Origin: an uncultured Actinomycetes bacterium
Lineage (GTDB): Bacteria; Actinomycetota; Actinomycetes; S36-B12; UBA10799
NCBI GenBank assembly: GCA_963842975.1
Contig: CAWJIH010000009.1
Span: 268,310-332,309, forward strand
DNA: 64,000 nucleotides
Direction of reading: 5' to 3'
The position numbers were made by a program, and so were the translations under genes. This document shows positions 47,142 through 57,150 of the stretch, piece after piece. The notes under the pieces are model-generated. The model had not been told where the DNA came from, did not search any database, and saw nothing but the letters and a program-made list of their open reading frames with translations. The first letter of the stretch is position 1. Each line of letters opens with the position of its first letter.

Positions 47142-47750
47142 CTACTGCAGGGTTGCCGGGTCGAAGTCCGGGGGCAGCAGGACGGTGTCGATCAGGTGGA
47201 TCACGCCGTTGCTGGCCTCAACGTCGGCGGTTGTGACCGTAGCGCCGTTCACCGTCACGCCGTCAGCCGTGCTCAGGGTGAGGCTCTGGCCTTCCAGCGT
47301 CGGAACTTCGCCGTCGGTGACGTCGGCGGCCATCACAGCGCCCTCGACCACGTGGTAGGTGAGGACCTTGGTCAACGCGTCCTTGTTTTCGGGCTGAACG
47401 AGTTGGTCGAGCACACCCTCGGGCAGCGCGGCGAAAGCGTCATCGGTGGGAGCGAAGACGGTGAAGGGGCCGGGTGCCTGAAGCGCTTCCACCAAGTCCG
47501 CAGCGTCAAGTGCGGTTACCAGCGTGCTGGTGGTGGGGTTGGCGGAGGCGACACCGACGATGTCGGTGGCCGACGCCTCGTCGCTCATCTCTTCACTCGC
47601 CGACGCCGAGGGGGAGGCTTCGGCGCTGGTCGCGGCGGGTGATGGGCTGGTGGTCTCCTCGGTGGACGAGTCAGACCCGCAAGCGGCAAGCGTGAGTGAG
47701 GCGGCGGCGGCTAAACCGATGAAGGTGACTCGGATCTTCGTGGTGCGCAT
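47142..47750 (-). CDS. fasciclin (FAS1)-domain lipoprotein, MPT70/MPT83-like
   Basis: Lipobox LTLAAC; FTVFAPTDDAFAALP and VIHLIDTVLLP FAS1 motifs; AAGGAG RBS before ATG 47750. Confidence 0.8.
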   Translation of the reverse strand: MRTTKIRVTFIGLAAAASLTLAACGSDSSTEETTSPSPAATSAEASPSASASEEMSDEASATDIVGVASANPTTSTLVTALDAADLVEALQAPGPFTVFAPTDDAFAALPEGVLDQLVQPENKDALTKVLTYHVVEGAVMAADVTDGEVPTLEGQSLTLSTADGVTVNGATVTTADVEASNGVIHLIDTVLLPPDFDPATLQ

Positions 47751-47878
47751 GGAAGTTCTCCTTGGGTCCGGTGGCAAGTGCCACTGTTGGTCTGTCACTC
47801 ATCTATACGAGGTCAAGACCGATTCGGATGCACAAGGTTGCACAATTTTTGAAACGATTTTTCTGGCGAGGATTTGGA

Positions 47879-48358
47879 CTACTCCGAAAGTGCCTTACTT
47901 GGCACCACCAACACCGGCGATGCGGCATGGTGAATCACGTAGCCGGACACCGATCCCATGACGGCCCGTCTGAGCGCTCCCTGACCGCGTTGGGCGATCA
48001 CGATGACATCTGCGGCCAACTCCGCGGCCAGTGCACAGATCGCCTCGCCTGGTTTGCCGTCCAGCACCCGATGTTCGGCGGCGGGCAAGCCGAGGCGGTT
48101 CGCGGTGTCGGTGAGTAGTTCCGCGCCTCGGGTCAGGACCACTTCCGCCATCGCCTTTTCGTGCTCCGGTGGCAGCGGAGGTGGCAAACCGGGCTGGGAT
48201 CCGAGTTGCGTGACGGGTGCGGAGAGCCCGGTGGGAAGCGTCTCCACCGTGGTGGTCAGGACGACCCGATCACCGGGTTTCGTCAGCAGCGCCAAGCCGG
48301 TGGCGATGGCCTGTTCAGCAAGTTCGGAACCGTCAGTGCAGGCGATGATGGTGGTCAT
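47879..48358 (-). CDS. universal stress protein family
   Basis: ...IIACTDGS... and C-terminal VIVIAQRGQGALRRAVMGSVSGYVIHHAASPVLVV USP ATP-binding pattern; ATG 48358 chosen. Confidence 0.75.
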   Translation of the reverse strand: MTTIIACTDGSELAEQAIATGLALLTKPGDRVVLTTTVETLPTGLSAPVTQLGSQPGLPPPLPPEHEKAMAEVVLTRGAELLTDTANRLGLPAAEHRVLDGKPGEAICALAAELAADVIVIAQRGQGALRRAVMGSVSGYVIHHAASPVLVVPSKALSE

Positions 48359-48467
48359 AACTAGATGGTTGCATGATTCTGGCGGCAGAGGCCATGCGGT
48401 TTCATACCTGAGCGGGCTAACGTCGCAGATGGCTGAAGTCGGGCGCAGATGCGAAGGAGCTATAGAC

Positions 48468-49175
48468 ATGAGAGTTGTTGAATTGGCAGGACCCGTCTAC
48501 CGGATCCCCACCCTGGGCGACTACATCAACTCCTTCGCTTTCGTGGAGCCCGATGGTTCGGTGACCCTGGTGGATTGCGGAATCGCACAAGCTCCACCTC
48601 GGATCGTCGCGGGGTTAGCCGCCATTGGGAAGCACCCGCGCGATGTTCAGCGAATCATCCTCACCCATGCGCACATGGACCATGCCGGTGGCGCTGCAAA
48701 GATGGTGGCCGCATCCACAGCCACCGGGGTCGCAGTCCACGCTGCGGACAGCGACGACATTCGTCGGGGCCAGTCCGCACCCGGAGACCCGGGCAGTGTG
48801 GTCTTTCGGTTCTACCAACGGATCGTGTCGGGCCGATTCGACCCGGTGCCGGTGGAGCACGTGGTCGCCGACGGGGATGTGCTGGCCGTGGCCGGTGGGC
48901 TCACTGTGCACCACACCCCTGGCCACACTCCCGGCCACATCTCATTGCTGCACGAGGACACCGGAGTGCTCATCACCGGCGATGCCATCTTCAATATGGC
49001 CGCACGTATGAGCTGGCCGATCAAGATGGTCTGCACGTCGTTTCCGCAGAATCGAAAGTCAGCGGCGGTCTTGAGCGAACTGGACTACCAGATCGCGGCG
49101 TTCACTCACGGACCTGAAATTCGCGATCAGGCCAGGGAGAAGGTGCGTGATTTTGTCCGACGACGAAATGCCTGA
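48468..49175 (+). CDS. MBL-fold metallo-hydrolase
   Basis: THAHMDHAGG metal-binding motif; AGGAG RBS before ATG 48468. The 5' part of the track ORF is antisense to the USP gene. Confidence 0.8.
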   Translation: MRVVELAGPVYRIPTLGDYINSFAFVEPDGSVTLVDCGIAQAPPRIVAGLAAIGKHPRDVQRIILTHAHMDHAGGAAKMVAASTATGVAVHAADSDDIRRGQSAPGDPGSVVFRFYQRIVSGRFDPVPVEHVVADGDVLAVAGGLTVHHTPGHTPGHISLLHEDTGVLITGDAIFNMAARMSWPIKMVCTSFPQNRKSAAVLSELDYQIAAFTHGPEIRDQAREKVRDFVRRRNA

Positions 49176-49584
49176 GGGAGTCGCCCCGACAGACGAAGCG
49201 GCGTCGGGCGAAGCGCTGGTGCAACTACGCCGGACAGCCGATTGGCTGCGCCACCTCACTGGTGCCCGGCTGGCGGCAGATGAGCACCGAATTGCACGCC
49301 GTGCCACCGCCCTCGTGCACGCCGTCTTCGCCGTGACCCGGACGCTCTGCGATAGCGGGCCAACCGCAAAGGACTGCCCGGAATGCCCACCACCGCAGGC
49401 ACAGCCGCACCGCGTCGACGATCTCACCCTCGGTGCCCAACTCGCGGTCTTCGCCGATCAGTTGGAGCGGGTACTGGAATGCTGCGCTGCCGCAGGGGTC
49501 GCTAGTGCCGCTGAGGTTCGCGGGCAACTGCATCAGTTGGCTGGGGAGTCATTGGCGTTGCGAAGTGGCGGACCCTTGGGTTGA
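49147..49584 (+). CDS. hypothetical protein (weak support)
   Basis: Only an open frame with plausible composition; overlaps neighbours at both ends; no recognisable motif. Confidence 0.3.
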   Translation: MILSDDEMPEGVAPTDEAASGEALVQLRRTADWLRHLTGARLAADEHRIARRATALVHAVFAVTRTLCDSGPTAKDCPECPPPQAQPHRVDDLTLGAQLAVFADQLERVLECCAAAGVASAAEVRGQLHQLAGESLALRSGGPLG

Positions 49585-51743
49585 AGGTGGGTATCCAGGA
49601 AGGCAGCTTGCGTGCGCAGCAGGTTGGCTGCGACTTCCGGCTGCGGGGTCATGTGGGTGACCCTCGTGAGCGGCAGCACGCTGTGGGCCTTACCGGCGGT
49701 CAGTAGCGCGGCGGACATTTGCAGCGTGTGCGCTGCCACCACATTGTCATCTGCTAGCCCATGAATAAGAAGCAGCGGACGGGTCAGGGAAGGTGCGCGC
49801 CTGATCAGGTCGCTGACCTCGTAGTGGTCTGGCTGGGTGCGCGGATCACCGAGGTAACGCTCGGTGTAGCCGGTGTCGTAGAGGCACCAATCCGTCACCG
49901 GCGCCCCGGCGACGGCCACCTGGAAACGGTCTGGCCGATCCAACACGGCCAGCGCCGCGAGATAGCCGCCGAATGACCATCCCATGATTCCAACGCGGCT
50001 GCCATCGACCAAGTCACCCAGTTCGGCCACCACGTGATCCAGCGCTTTCACCTGGTCGGCGAGCACTCGGGTAGCGAAGTCGCCGTGGATCAAACGCTCC
50101 CAAGAAGGGGAGACCCCTGGGGTGCCGGCGCCGTCGGCGATGATCACCGCGTAACCACGCTCGGCCCACCAGCGAGCTTCGATATAGGCGGGACCGGCGG
50201 CCATTGTCCGCTGGGCGTGAGGCCCGCCGTAGGGCAAGAGCAGGATCGGTAGCGCGTCCCGAGCGGGGGCATCGGCGGTGTCGATCCAGCTGGGAAGAAT
50301 CACGGCGATTCGGATGCCGCCAACCCGATCGAGTTGGGGTCGGGCGACAGGTCCAGGTGCTTCTGCTCGGGAACCGATGGTCGCCAGCAAGGTCGCGTCG
50401 TCAGAGGTGAGCCGATGCACGTCGGTGCGCCAGGAGGCGTCGGCAAGCGTGGCCCCGGTGCAGGTCAGCAGCCCATGGCCGACCGTGGCCGTGAACCAGC
50501 CACCGCCGATCAAAGGCACTGTGGCGCCTTGTGGTTCGAGCCGAATGACATCGGAAGTTTCCGGGGTGGTGGCCACTCGCAGAATCACCCCGCCGTTTGC
50601 CTCGGTACCCACCACCGAACGCACCAGAAGGTCCGCAGGTGAGATCGCGGCGTCGTCTGCGTACAGCCGAAGTGTGTCCGCGTGGGAATCCCGACGAACG
50701 GTGAGGATTCGACCATCCGGCAATTCGGCAGGAGTGCCTGCGACCACGTCTACCCAGGCATCATCGCTCCACTCGGTGACAACTTCCGTCCCCGCCTCAC
50801 TGGGGCGAAGTTCCGGCTGGCCAGCGCCGGCCGATTCGCCCATGGCAGGGTCGATGGCGACGATCGCGCTGGTGCGCTGGTCCCTGGTGAGTACCTGGGC
50901 CAGTACCTTGCGGTGCCCCCACGTCACCGACGCCAGATATTCGTAGGCGTGATCAGGTCCTACGGTGAGCACTGGCACCGGGTCGACATCCGGCGTCGAG
51001 GTGTCGATCAGCCACAACGACACCGTGGCATTTGTCGTGCCGGCCGCGGGATATTTGTGAGCCACAGGTGCCGAATCGGGGGCGGAGGGGTCGGAGATCC
51101 ACCAGGTGGGCACGCTGGAATCGTCCACGCGCGCCACCAGCAGTTGCCGGCCCTCAGGTGACCACCAGAATCCGCGGTGGCGCCCGAGTTCTTCAGCAGC
51201 CACGAAATCCGCCAGCCCCCAGGTGGCTCCATCGTCAGGAGTGACCTGACGTGCCCAGGTGCCTTCGTAGTCGCACACCCACACGGAACCGCCACGGTTC
51301 CACGCGATCTCTCGTGACCCGGCCCTGGGGTCCACCACCGGGCCCGGAACCGGGAGGGTGCGCACTGACGACGAATCCTCGTCGAACTCAACGCAATACA
51401 GTTCGCCGCCCAGGGCGAAGATCACTGCGGATCCATCGGGACGAATGTCGAAGGCGGTCAAGCCCGCACCGCCCTCGCGCAGCCGCTCGCGCCGGGCTCG
51501 TTCGGCAGCCGGCACCGTCACATCGTCGGCAGCAAGGCTCGATGCATCGACCAGCAGTGATTCCTGACCGGACTCTAAGTCCAGCGACCACAGATCGGCT
51601 CGAGGGCTCTGCCCATGTGCCGAACGCAGAAAAACCAAGGAGCGCGCAGTGCGCGGCCGCACGTTGCGTGGCGCCCCGCGAGAAAACCTGCCGGTCTCGG
51701 CGTAGCGCAAGGGGAAGTCGTCTATCGAGCGATCGCCGGTCAC
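49533..51743 (-). CDS. S9-family dipeptidyl aminopeptidase/prolyl oligopeptidase
   Basis: DPP-IV-like beta-propeller N-domain; C-terminal GWSFGGY nucleophile elbow and ...HGLADDNV...; GTG 51743 chosen (GTGA overlap with the small upstream ORF). Confidence 0.8.
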   Translation of the reverse strand: MTGDRSIDDFPLRYAETGRFSRGAPRNVRPRTARSLVFLRSAHGQSPRADLWSLDLESGQESLLVDASSLAADDVTVPAAERARRERLREGGAGLTAFDIRPDGSAVIFALGGELYCVEFDEDSSSVRTLPVPGPVVDPRAGSREIAWNRGGSVWVCDYEGTWARQVTPDDGATWGLADFVAAEELGRHRGFWWSPEGRQLLVARVDDSSVPTWWISDPSAPDSAPVAHKYPAAGTTNATVSLWLIDTSTPDVDPVPVLTVGPDHAYEYLASVTWGHRKVLAQVLTRDQRTSAIVAIDPAMGESAGAGQPELRPSEAGTEVVTEWSDDAWVDVVAGTPAELPDGRILTVRRDSHADTLRLYADDAAISPADLLVRSVVGTEANGGVILRVATTPETSDVIRLEPQGATVPLIGGGWFTATVGHGLLTCTGATLADASWRTDVHRLTSDDATLLATIGSRAEAPGPVARPQLDRVGGIRIAVILPSWIDTADAPARDALPILLLPYGGPHAQRTMAAGPAYIEARWWAERGYAVIIADGAGTPGVSPSWERLIHGDFATRVLADQVKALDHVVAELGDLVDGSRVGIMGWSFGGYLAALAVLDRPDRFQVAVAGAPVTDWCLYDTGYTERYLGDPRTQPDHYEVSDLIRRAPSLTRPLLLIHGLADDNVVAAHTLQMSAALLTAGKAHSVLPLTRVTHMTPQPEVAANLLRTQAAFLDTHLQPKGPPLRNANDSPAN

Positions 51744-51856
51744 GACAGCACAACGGTGAGAATCAAGCTGATCACCACCAGCACCAGTACGATCCAGGCC
51801 ACGATCTTGAAGATCGGCGCCTTGGTGGGGTCGTCGGCATCGTCGTCGAGAGGCAT
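51740..51856 (-). CDS. small single-TM membrane protein (38 aa), translationally coupled to the peptidase
   Basis: MPLDDDADDPTKAPIFKIVAWIVLVLVVISLILTVVLS; the stop overlaps the peptidase GTG; hand call, below the track threshold as an independent ORF. Confidence 0.35.
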   Translation of the reverse strand: MPLDDDADDPTKAPIFKIVAWIVLVLVVISLILTVVLS

Positions 51857-51964
51857 GGCACCATCCTGCCCCACGCGACGGGAAGAATCTGACTTGTCCG
51901 GCGCCACCTTCCACCTATGTACATGCCCAGCCGTACTCGCGGCGTGGTCGTACAGTGTCGTCCC

Positions 51965-52861
51965 ATGACTGCATCCGCCCACGCCGATCGGCGCCTGCTC
52001 TTGGTCCATGCCCACCCGGATGACGAAACCTTGACGACCGGCGCGACGATGGCCGCCTACGCCGCTGATGGCGTGCACGTGACGTTGCTGACCTGCACCC
52101 TTGGGGAAGAGGGGGAGGTGCTGCTGGCGGACAAGGCCCATCTCGCGGCCCACGAAGAAGATGCGCTTGGCCCGCACCGGGCAGCGGAGTTGGCTGCTGC
52201 AGTGGCGGCGCTCGGGATCGCCGAGCAGCGCCAACTCGGCGGCCCTGGCCGCTACCGCGACAGCGGCATGGTGGGAACCCCCGCCAACGAACGACCCGAC
52301 AACTTTTGGCACGCCGACCTGCTCGAAGCCGCAAGTGAGCTAGTGGCTGTGATCCGGGAACTGCGGCCGCAAGTGGTCATCACCTATGACGATTTCGGAG
52401 GGTACGGCCACCCCGACCACATCCAAGCCCACCGGGTCACCACCTACGCGGTGATGTTGGCCGGGGTGCCCTCCTTTCGGACTGATTTGGGCGAACCCTG
52501 GTCGGTGTCGAAGATGTACTGGACTGCGTTTCCGCGCCAGGTGATGATCGACGCCATGGCCGCGGTGCCGGAGGAAAACCGCCGGGAGTTGTTTGGCGAC
52601 GTGGACGTCGCCGAGGCGCCGTTCCTGATTGACGACGCCCTGGTCACGACCCGTATCGATGGGGTGGCGTTCCTGCCGCAGAAGCTTGCAGCCATGCGGG
52701 CACACGCATCCCAAATCGATATGGAAGGTCCATTTTTCGCGATGTCGGCAGTTGCCGGCCCGGAGGCGTTGGGGCTTGAGCACTACCGGTTGGTGCTCGG
52801 AGAGTTGGGGCCTGTCTCGGCCGACGGATTCGAGACCGACGTGTTCGCTGGGCTTGCCTGA
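51965..52861 (+). CDS. mshB: GlcNAc-Ins deacetylase (mycothiol biosynthesis), LmbE family
   Basis: LLLVHAHPDDE zinc motif, HPDH, MshB-like length; conserved position before fdxA/dapC. Confidence 0.8.
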   Translation: MTASAHADRRLLLVHAHPDDETLTTGATMAAYAADGVHVTLLTCTLGEEGEVLLADKAHLAAHEEDALGPHRAAELAAAVAALGIAEQRQLGGPGRYRDSGMVGTPANERPDNFWHADLLEAASELVAVIRELRPQVVITYDDFGGYGHPDHIQAHRVTTYAVMLAGVPSFRTDLGEPWSVSKMYWTAFPRQVMIDAMAAVPEENRRELFGDVDVAEAPFLIDDALVTTRIDGVAFLPQKLAAMRAHASQIDMEGPFFAMSAVAGPEALGLEHYRLVLGELGPVSADGFETDVFAGLA

Positions 52862-52909
52862 GGCTTTCCCGGAGTGTGCGCTTCGCTGCGGGCCGAGTAG
52901 CCTCGGGGC

Positions 52910-53422
52910 GTGCAACTTGACCCAGGCGATCCGACGGCATTCCGTCGGGTCCTCGCTCGCTACGCCACCGGCGTCGTGGTGGTAAGCGTCGCCGTGGATG
53001 GCGTCGATCATGCGATGACGGCCAATTCGTTTGCCTCGGTATCGCTTGATCCGCCGCTGGTCCTGGTGTGCGTGGAACGTCGCGCGCGCTTCCACAGCGC
53101 TGTCACGAGTGCGAATACCTGGGCCATCAGCATCTTGGGGGGTCCGTCCCGGGAAGCGGCATCGTGGTTCGCAACCCGCGGACGTCCGTTGCGAGGCCAG
53201 TTCGCCGGCTTTCCCACCACGAGGGGAACCGCCAGCGGGGCCTTGATGCTCGATGACGCCCTGGGTCGCATGGAATGCGCCACGGAGGCCATCCACCCGG
53301 GGGGTGACCACGACATCGTGGTGGGCCGAGTGGTGGCCATGGACTTGACTGAGGACGGTTCCGATGAAATCGGGCCGCTGATCTACTACCGGCACGGCTT
53401 CCGCAGCCCGCCGTCGGAATAG
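52910..53422 (+). CDS. flavin reductase-like FMN-binding protein
   Basis: FRRVLARYATGVVVV...MTANSFASVSLDPPLVLVC pattern of the flavin reductase family. Confidence 0.8.
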   Translation: MQLDPGDPTAFRRVLARYATGVVVVSVAVDGVDHAMTANSFASVSLDPPLVLVCVERRARFHSAVTSANTWAISILGGPSREAASWFATRGRPLRGQFAGFPTTRGTASGALMLDDALGRMECATEAIHPGGDHDIVVGRVVAMDLTEDGSDEIGPLIYYRHGFRSPPSE

Positions 53423-53599
53423 CGGGCGCTCCCATAACCGTCCTGGCGGCCTCGGGCTCATATGTGTTTGGTAGCACTACGATTCAGCGCGAGGCACAAG
53501 GCACGATCGGGGCTAGGATTCGAAGTGGAGTTTGGCGTTGCAGAGTCGCCCAACCCCCACAGTTGGCACCCAACAGGGTAGGCAGAGGAGGCAGGTCTG

Positions 53600-53926
53600 A
53601 TGACATACGTGATTGCAGAACCATGCGTGGACGTTAAGGACAGGTCCTGCATCGAAGAGTGTCCGGTGGACTGCATCTACGAGGGTGATCGGATGCTCTA
53701 CATCCAGCCTGACGAATGCGTCGACTGCGGGGCGTGCGAGCCGGTGTGTCCGGTGGAGGCGATCTTCTACGAAGACGATGTACCCGAGGAGTGGAACGAT
53801 TTCACCGCGGCCAACGCCGAGTTCTTCGACGACTTGGGTTCCCCCGGTGGCGCCGCGAAGCTTGGCCACATCAAGCAGGACGCACCGCTGGTGTCCGCGC
53901 TGCCCGCGGGCATTAACGCCGAGTGA
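53600..53926 (+). CDS. fdxA: 7Fe ferredoxin
   Basis: MTYVIAEPCVDVKDRSCIEECPVDCIYEG...CVDCGACEPVCPVEAI cluster-binding cysteines. Confidence 0.93.
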   Translation: MTYVIAEPCVDVKDRSCIEECPVDCIYEGDRMLYIQPDECVDCGACEPVCPVEAIFYEDDVPEEWNDFTAANAEFFDDLGSPGGAAKLGHIKQDAPLVSALPAGINAE

Positions 53927-55023
53927 CCCTGGCCAGTCCGCAACTGCCGGACTTTCCCTGGGACTCCCTAGCCGGAGCTAAAGCGCTCGCCAGCGAACAC
54001 CCTGGAGGCATTGTCGACCTCAGCGTGGGCACGCCGGTGGATCCAACCCCGCGCGTGGTGCAAACGGCTTTGGCCGACGCTTCGGACGCTCCGGGATATC
54101 CCACCACCCACGGCACCGAAGAATTGCGCACCGCAATCGCTGGTTGGCTCCGGCGGCGACGAGGCGTCAACGTGGCCCCGACGGCGATTCTGCCGGTGAT
54201 CGGAACCAAAGAACTGGTGGCCTGGTTGCCGAGCATGCTGGGCGTCACTGGAGTAGTCGGTTTCCCGGAGTTGGCCTACCCGACCTACGAGGTGGGGGCT
54301 CGGTTGGCGGGCGCCGAGCCGGTGCGGGGTGATTCCACGCTCGGTTGGGGTCCGAGTGGCCCCGACTTGTTGTGGTTGAATTCGCCCGCGAACCCAACCG
54401 GGGCAGTTCTCGGGGAGGCTCACCTGGCGAAAGTCGTGGAATGGGCGCGCAGCCGAAGCACCGTGATCGCCTCGGACGAGTGCTATGCAGGTTTGGAGTG
54501 GGAAGCCGAGGCCCCGTCGCTACTCGCGACCCGCATCACCGGTGATGACCACTCCGGGCTGCTGATGGTCCACTCATTGTCCAAGCGCAGCAACATGGCC
54601 GGATATCGCTTCGGCTTCGTGGCTGGTGATCCGGAACTCGTCGCGCGGCTGCTTGGGGTGGCCAAGCACGCCGGAATGATCGTGCCCGCTCCCGTGCAAG
54701 CGGCCGCGACCGCTGCCTACAACGACGATGCTCATGCGTTGGCTCAGGCCGACCGCTATGCGGAACGTCGCGCGGTGCTGCTGCCGGCAGTGCTCGATGC
54801 GGGCTTCAGGGTTGATCACTCTGAAGCAAGCCTGTACTTGTGGGTCACCGAGGGCAGAAACTGTCGGGAGACTGTCGAACGGCTGGCAGGGCTCGGGATC
54901 CTCGTTGCGCCGGGTGACTTCTACGGAATCCTTGGCGAACAACACGTCCGGATCGCGTTGACAGCCTCGGATGAACGCATCGCAGAGGCCGCCCGGCGGT
55001 TCCGCGAACACGGCGTTGCCTGA
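53923..55023 (+). CDS. dapC: succinyldiaminopimelate aminotransferase (class I PLP aminotransferase)
   Basis: ...NSPANPTG..., SLSKRSNMAGYR PLP-lysine motif; GTGA overlap with fdxA; actinobacterial fdx-dapC synteny. Confidence 0.8.
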   Translation: MTLASPQLPDFPWDSLAGAKALASEHPGGIVDLSVGTPVDPTPRVVQTALADASDAPGYPTTHGTEELRTAIAGWLRRRRGVNVAPTAILPVIGTKELVAWLPSMLGVTGVVGFPELAYPTYEVGARLAGAEPVRGDSTLGWGPSGPDLLWLNSPANPTGAVLGEAHLAKVVEWARSRSTVIASDECYAGLEWEAEAPSLLATRITGDDHSGLLMVHSLSKRSNMAGYRFGFVAGDPELVARLLGVAKHAGMIVPAPVQAAATAAYNDDAHALAQADRYAERRAVLLPAVLDAGFRVDHSEASLYLWVTEGRNCRETVERLAGLGILVAPGDFYGILGEQHVRIALTASDERIAEAARRFREHGVA

Positions 55024-55101
55024 GTCGGAGCAGTCCCAACCTAGGGCAATTAGGTCGAAAGTCCCTCCCCAACAATGCCTCTGGCGTACTAACGTGGCCG
55101 C

Positions 55102-56388
55102 ATGACCGATGCCACCTTGAACCATCCGCGCGGATCACTGGAACTCCCGTACGTACCCTCAACAGAAGGTGAATCGGGCCTCGACGTCTCATCTCTGCTC
55201 AGAAGAACCGGCGATGTCGCGTACGACCCCGGCTTCGTCAACACCGCATCCTGCTCGTCGGCGATCACCTTCATCAACGGAGACGTGGGCATTCTGCGGT
55301 ATCGCGGCTATCCGATTGAGCAACTCGCAGAGCACTCCACTTACTTGGAGACTGCCTACTTGCTGATCAACGGTTCGCTGCCGACGGCCGACGAACTAGC
55401 GGGTTTTGAAGGTTGGATCTCCAAGCACACAATGCTTCACGAGGATCTCAAGCGCTTCTTCCAGGGTTTCCCGTCCGACGCTCACCCCATGCCGGTGCTG
55501 TCCAGCGCAGTCAGTGCCATTAGCACCTTCTACCAGGATTCGCTGGACCCGTTCGACCCCAAGCAGGTGGAGGTGTCCACCATTCGGCTGCTTGCCAAGT
55601 TGCCGACGATCGCCGCCTACGCGCACCGCACCTCGCTGGGTCAGCCGCTGCTCTACCCGGATAACTCACTGAGCCTGGTCGAGAACTTCCTGCGGATGAC
55701 GTTCGGGTGGCCGGCAGAGCCCTACGAAGTGGATCCGGTGTTGGTTCGAGCATTGGACATGCTGCTGATCCTGCACTCCGACCACGAGCAAAACTGTTCA
55801 ACCTCCACGGTGCGTTTGGTCGGTTCCAGCCACGCGAACCTCTTTGCCAGCGTGAGCGCCGGAATCAATGCATTGTTCGGCCCACTGCACGGCGGAGCAA
55901 ACCAGGCCGTGTTGGAGATGCTGCAGCGCATCCATGAATCCGACGATGACGTGGCGAGTTTTGTGAGCAAGGTGAAGGACAAATCCTCCGGTACCAAACT
56001 CATGGGCTTCGGCCACCGGGTCTACAAGAACTATGATCCGCGCGCCACGATTGTCAAAGCCATGGCCGACCAGGTGCTCAACCACCTCAAGATTGACGAC
56101 CCGCTGTTGAACATCGCCCGACAGCTTGAGGAAACGGCCCTGGCCGATGACTTCTTCATCTCCCGCAAGCTCTACCCGAATGTGGATTTCTACACCGGGC
56201 TGATCTACAAGGCGATGGGCTTCCCGAACAACATGTTCACGGTCTTGTTTGCGCTGGGTCGGCTGCCTGGCTGGATCGCCCAGTGGCGGGAGATGATTTT
56301 GGACCCGACCACCAAGATCGGCCGTCCGCGCCAGGTCTACATCGGCGAAACGGAGCGCAACTACGTACCCCTCGCCGAACGCGGGTAG
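55102..56388 (+). CDS. gltA: citrate synthase
   Basis: ILHSDHEQNCSTSTVR, GPLHGGAN, GFGHRVYKNYDPR motifs. Confidence 0.95.
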   Translation: MTDATLNHPRGSLELPYVPSTEGESGLDVSSLLRRTGDVAYDPGFVNTASCSSAITFINGDVGILRYRGYPIEQLAEHSTYLETAYLLINGSLPTADELAGFEGWISKHTMLHEDLKRFFQGFPSDAHPMPVLSSAVSAISTFYQDSLDPFDPKQVEVSTIRLLAKLPTIAAYAHRTSLGQPLLYPDNSLSLVENFLRMTFGWPAEPYEVDPVLVRALDMLLILHSDHEQNCSTSTVRLVGSSHANLFASVSAGINALFGPLHGGANQAVLEMLQRIHESDDDVASFVSKVKDKSSGTKLMGFGHRVYKNYDPRATIVKAMADQVLNHLKIDDPLLNIARQLEETALADDFFISRKLYPNVDFYTGLIYKAMGFPNNMFTVLFALGRLPGWIAQWREMILDPTTKIGRPRQVYIGETERNYVPLAERG

Positions 56389-56492
56389 CCAGCAGTTGCA
56401 CAACGCGAGTAGCCAGCAGTTGTACAACAGGCAAACCGGAGGGAAGCGGTGCTGCTCGGCCTCACCGGGGGTCGGTGCTTGCTGGTTGAATC

Positions 56493-57140
56493 GTGTCCAT
56501 GCGGATTGACATCCTGGTCTATGACGGCAATGACGAACTCGACGTCGTGGGCCCGTTCGAAGTTTTCCGCCTCGCTGGGGAGTCCGTGAAGTTGAAGTCA
56601 CGGCTGGTGACGCTGTGGCCGCAAAGCAGGGTCAAAGGGTCCCACGGGTTGAGGTTCAAACCGGATGCGTATCTGCTGGAAGAGGGACAAGGCGCCAAGA
56701 AGATGGCTCGCCGGAAGAACTGGCCGGATGCGATTCTGGTGCCCGGTGGAGGGTGGAACGACAAGGGTGCCAAGGCCGGGGTGCGGATTCAGGCAGAGCT
56801 TGGCGACATCCCAACGTTTCTCCGGATCGCTCGCCGGTCGGTGCCCACACTCGCCGGGGTGTGCACTGGTGTGATGCTGCTCGCGGAGGCCGGGGTCATC
56901 GGAAAGCGGCCGGCCACAACCCACGCCACCGCCTTGGCTGACCTTGCAGCGGCGGGGGCGAAGGTGAGCCAGGATCGGGTCGTCGACGATGGGGACTTGG
57001 TGACCTGCGGGGGAGTGACCAGCGGGATCGATCTGGCATTGTGGCTGGTCGAGCGGGAGTTCGGCCAGGCGTTGGCAGACGACATTGCAACCACCTTGGA
57101 GTATCAGCGGTGGCGGCCAGCGCAGCCCGCTGAGCCCTAG
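56493..57140 (+). CDS. DJ-1/PfpI-family (class I glutamine amidotransferase-like) protein
   Basis: ...LAGVCTGVMLLAEAGV nucleophile-elbow Cys, ...DGDLVTCGGVTSGIDLAL. Confidence 0.75.
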   Translation: MSMRIDILVYDGNDELDVVGPFEVFRLAGESVKLKSRLVTLWPQSRVKGSHGLRFKPDAYLLEEGQGAKKMARRKNWPDAILVPGGGWNDKGAKAGVRIQAELGDIPTFLRIARRSVPTLAGVCTGVMLLAEAGVIGKRPATTHATALADLAAAGAKVSQDRVVDDGDLVTCGGVTSGIDLALWLVEREFGQALADDIATTLEYQRWRPAQPAEP

Positions 57141-57150
57141 ACTGGGCTAG

